Positions 61,046-64,000 of a stretch of DNA of 64,000 nucleotides are shown piece after piece. The DNA is taken from assembly GCA_965208325.1 (NCBI GenBank), contig OZ242326.1:2144001-2208000 (forward strand), given 5' to 3'. The position numbers were made by a program, and so were the translations under genes. Under the pieces are notes generated by a model. The model worked only from the letters and a program-made list of their open reading frames with translations, had not been told where the DNA came from and did no database searches. This stretch comes from Candidatus Poribacteria bacterium (lineage in GTDB: Bacteria; Poribacteria; WGA-4E; PCPOR2b). The first letter of the stretch is position 1; each line of letters opens with the position of its first letter.

Positions 61046-62041
61046 TTAGGGTGCCGCGATGCCGCCGCTGCTGCCAGTTTTTAGGACGACATAGCTCCTA
61101 TATCGAACCGGGCTAATCTCGCCCGCATTGACAGCCTCGGTTACCGCACAATCTGGCTCATTAAGATGGATGCAATCGTTGTATTTGCATTCACCAAGGT
61201 AGGAGTCCATTTCCGGAAAATAGAGGTCAAGGTCTTCCGTATCAACGCCCCACAGACCGACCTCTCGAATGCCCGGCGTGTCCGCCACTTCGCCGCCATT
61301 TTCCAAGGAAAAAAGTTCAACAAGCGTTGTGGTATGGCGTCCTTTACCAGTTTTCAACCCGACTTCACCAATGGGCAAGGCGAGTCTCGGTTGTACCGCG
61401 TTAAGGAGGCTCGACTTTCCTACCCCAGACGCCCCGACGATGACACTGAACTTATCGGATAATACACCTTGGAGACGATCAATCCCTTCACCATCTGTAA
61501 CGCTAGTATAGATTACCCGATAGCCGAGACGTTCGTAGACGTTCAACATTGAGGTTACCCTACCCTTTTCCACCGTGTCAATAAGGTCCATTTTATTTAG
61601 ACAAACTACCGCCTCCATCTGCCCCGCTTCGGCTAAAATAAGGAATCGATCGAGCGTTCTGTAGTTAAGGTCCGGCAGGCGGGTTGAAACAACAGCCACC
61701 ACCTGATCAGCGTTGGCAACGACGATTTGCTCGATTGTGTCTCGCTTGCCTGGGTGGCGGCGCGATAGTTTAGTCCGCCGCGGCAGGATGTCTTCGATAA
61801 CACCCCTGTCCTCGTCAAGACGTTCCACCACTACGTCATCGCCAACTGCAACAGGGTCGGCATAGATTTGCTTGCCCTGCTCCGATCGCCGTTCTCGCTT
61901 GACACGCCCGCGCAGCGTACAGCGAAGTACGCTGCCGCCAAGCTGGACATCGTAAAAACTCGTTCGGGCGCGAATGACTCTTCCTTGACCGTGGTCCATA
62001 TAAACCCGTCTGCCTTGACGCTCCAGTCTTCCTACGAACAC
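61046..62041 (-). CDS. rsgA: Ribosome small subunit-dependent GTPase A (probable start 61999)
   Basis: NKMD, GASGVGKS, GRHTT, DTPG, CxxxxCxHxxEPxC. Confidence 0.95.
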   Translation of the reverse strand: MFVGRLERQGRRVYMDHGQGRVIRARTSFYDVQLGGSVLRCTLRGRVKRERRSEQGKQIYADPVAVGDDVVVERLDEDRGVIEDILPRRTKLSRRHPGKRDTIEQIVVANADQVVAVVSTRLPDLNYRTLDRFLILAEAGQMEAVVCLNKMDLIDTVEKGRVTSMLNVYERLGYRVIYTSVTDGEGIDRLQGVLSDKFSVIVGASGVGKSSLLNAVQPRLALPIGEVGLKTGKGRHTTTLVELFSLENGGEVADTPGIREVGLWGVDTEDLDLYFPEMDSYLGECKYNDCIHLNEPDCAVTEAVNAGEISPVRYRSYVVLKTGSSGGIAAP

Positions 62042-62067
62042 GGGAGCTAGTGCGAACCCTTAGCGCA

Positions 62068-62457
62068 CTAACAGGGAATTACCCAATGCAGGACAGTGTC
62101 GATAAGCGAAATTAGAAGGGCAGCTATTATGGTGTTGAAGAAGCCCTTTACTTCGAACCCTTTGATTATCTTCGCCGTAATCCAGAGGAGAAAAGCGTTT
62201 ATGACAAAATAGAACAGACCGAGCGTCAGAACAAACAGCGGCAACGTTAGCAAAATAAAAATCTTGGTAAACACCGTTTTCAATATTCCGTAAACGAGCG
62301 CTACGACGATTGCCGTGGCGAAGTTCTTGACACGGATAGACGGTAAGATATGGGTAGCGACAAAGACCGATACGCTGAGGATTAAGAGTTCAATTATCCA
62401 GTGAATTATGGGGCTATAATCAGGCAATCTCGATTTCCCTTTCCCTTTCGTGGACAA
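62068..62457 (-). CDS. YvlD/DUF360 four-TM membrane protein ('phage holin family')
   Basis: LTLPLFVLTLGLFYFVINA motif. Confidence 0.8.
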   Translation of the reverse strand: MSTKGKGKSRLPDYSPIIHWIIELLILSVSVFVATHILPSIRVKNFATAIVVALVYGILKTVFTKIFILLTLPLFVLTLGLFYFVINAFLLWITAKIIKGFEVKGFFNTIIAALLISLIDTVLHWVIPC

Positions 62458-62480
62458 AAAGGCGCCCTTGACCGTATTCC

Positions 62481-63284
62481 TTACTTCCCGAACCGCCGCT
62501 GCCGTTGGCTATAGTCACGAATTGCGCGGAGAAAGTCAATCTTCCTAAATGCGGGCCAATACGTATCGCAGAAGTAGTATTCTGAATACACGCTTTGCCA
62601 AAGCAAAAACCCAGATAGTCGTACCTCTCCACTGGTTCGGATAATCAGGTCGGGATCCGGCAATTCGGACGTGTAGAGGTGCGGGCTAATCTTTTCGACA
62701 CTGAGTTCATCCGTAATTTCGGCGGGTTCACGCCCTTTCGCAAGTTCGGATTGTAGATGGCTGCGGACGGCTTCGACAATTTCTTCACGCCCGCCGTAAG
62801 CGACAGCTACGTTCAAAATAAATTTGTCGTAATGCTTTGTTGCCTTCTCCGCAGCGTGAATTGCGTCTTGAAGGCTCTGCGGCAGCAGTTCAACTTGTCC
62901 CATGGATCGAATCTTAATCTGGTTGGTGTGCAGCCCTTCAATCGTCACAACTTCGCGCATCTTCTTTTCAATGAGATCTAAAATCTCAGTGACTTCGGAT
63001 TGATCGCGCTTGAAATTGTCGAGAGAGAAAATCCAGATGGAGACAATCTTGACGCCCAACTCATCACACCAATGGAGCATCTCTTCCAGTTTGTGAGCGC
63101 CGTCATAATGTCCTTTGATGCTATCCATAAAGCCCTGCTTTTTCGCATAACGGCGATTACCATCAAGAATAATACCGATGTGGTGGGGAATATGCCAATG
63201 GCTGGTTTTCTGCTCAAGACGCTTTTGGTAAACCGCGTAGAAGAATTTTCTGAGAGGATTTTTTATAATCTGCAATGGTTGCAT
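62481..63284 (-). CDS. uppS: cis-prenyltransferase (UppS family, short-chain-like N-terminus)
   Basis: HIGIILDGNRR, FSLDNF, YGGREE, DLIIRTSGEVRLSGFLLWQ, RRFG. Confidence 0.9.
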   Translation of the reverse strand: MQPLQIIKNPLRKFFYAVYQKRLEQKTSHWHIPHHIGIILDGNRRYAKKQGFMDSIKGHYDGAHKLEEMLHWCDELGVKIVSIWIFSLDNFKRDQSEVTEILDLIEKKMREVVTIEGLHTNQIKIRSMGQVELLPQSLQDAIHAAEKATKHYDKFILNVAVAYGGREEIVEAVRSHLQSELAKGREPAEITDELSVEKISPHLYTSELPDPDLIIRTSGEVRLSGFLLWQSVYSEYYFCDTYWPAFRKIDFLRAIRDYSQRQRRFGK

Positions 63285-63589
63285 GTTGAGACCTCGAAAA
63301 GATAGTTCATTTTGATTATACCACACAACACAAGATGAGAAAAAGCCAAAACCATTGATGCTGTTAAATCCAATAATTGTACGGACATCTTTTGATATCA
63401 GTGTAAAGTCCGCTCACAGGAGGCATAGTCTTCGCGCTAATCGTATTTAAAGAACCACGTTATTTGCACATACCCGTTTCGTTTTACTTTTGCGTTTCAG
63501 GTTAAACATGGTAAAATTATGCCGCCTCGTAACGTCCCAGTATTTGGGAAGATGATGCTTCGCAGCCATTTAAGAAAGGAAACGGGTGC

Positions 63590-64000
63590 ATGCCGGACGT
63601 TGTTGTTGGACATATTGAAAACCCAGAACGCCTTAAAGCTGTATTCTCTGAATTTGAACGGCATCATCCCGGCATCAAAATGGGGATGGGACAATTCGAA
63701 GCCGACGACAGTGAGCTTGCAACGGAGTATGGCGGCGTCCGATATATCTGGATTGACCAAGGAGCGGGCGAGGTCTATCTAGATTCAGGTTATCGGACGC
63801 AAGAGGGAGATGGCGAGCGATTGCCCCCAATTTACGTATCGGATCGATGTGATGATGAGAATTGGTCAATATTGCAAACATTGGCGGAAAACCTTGACAC
63901 ACTTCATGAAAGAATTAGACCGCCCGTTGAGGGCATATTAGACAGAATTGCGGAACGAACATTGGTTGGGGACATCGCCAACGAAATCTGGTTAATGGAG
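63590..64000 (+). CDS. Hypothetical protein, 3' truncated by window edge (not in the ORF track)
   Basis: AAGAAAGGA SD, ATG 63590, 137 open codons to the window end (MPDVVVGHIENPERLKAVF...). Confidence 0.65.
   Translation, partial: MPDVVVGHIENPERLKAVFSEFERHHPGIKMGMGQFEADDSELATEYGGVRYIWIDQGAGEVYLDSGYRTQEGDGERLPPIYVSDRCDDENWSILQTLAENLDTLHERIRPPVEGILDRIAERTLVGDIANEIWLME

Noticed and set aside
62068..62457. Prophage lysis gene
   Set aside because: YvlD-family membrane protein among housekeeping genes, with no phage genes nearby

Overview
Bacterial chromosomal window of roughly 50% GC. It is most likely Candidatus Poribacteria or a relative; this is inferred from secreted LamG and sugar-binding proteins ending in a KLAxxW-type tail and a membrane-anchored ECF sigma factor. 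Core content: a sigma54/NtrC-type regulated urea cluster (porin-urtABCDE-ureDABC), a putative selenate-type ABC transporter split by about 8 kb of unrelated genes, thiO, purE, tsaE, polA, rnhA (fused to a TPR-like tail), rsgA, a cis-prenyltransferase, cytochrome P460, an M16C peptidase and an orphan UvrD helicase. Less ordinary signals: (1) a probable unannotated selenoprotein (FmdB family, in-frame UGA plus SECIS-like hairpin); (2) an integrase-free cassette carrying an OLD-type ATPase-TOPRIM gene inside the urt operon, bounded by a 47-bp duplication of the urtD 3' end and followed by a 20 x 7-bp array; (3) a 36-bp mini-element seen only nested inside GTAG-type REP/MITE repeats, once inside another copy of itself; (4) three toxin-antitoxin modules whose toxins are all broken; (5) an amber-interrupted sigma factor/beta-propeller fusion. 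I found no rRNA, tRNA, CRISPR array, integrase or transposase. All family calls are from visual motif recognition, not database searches.
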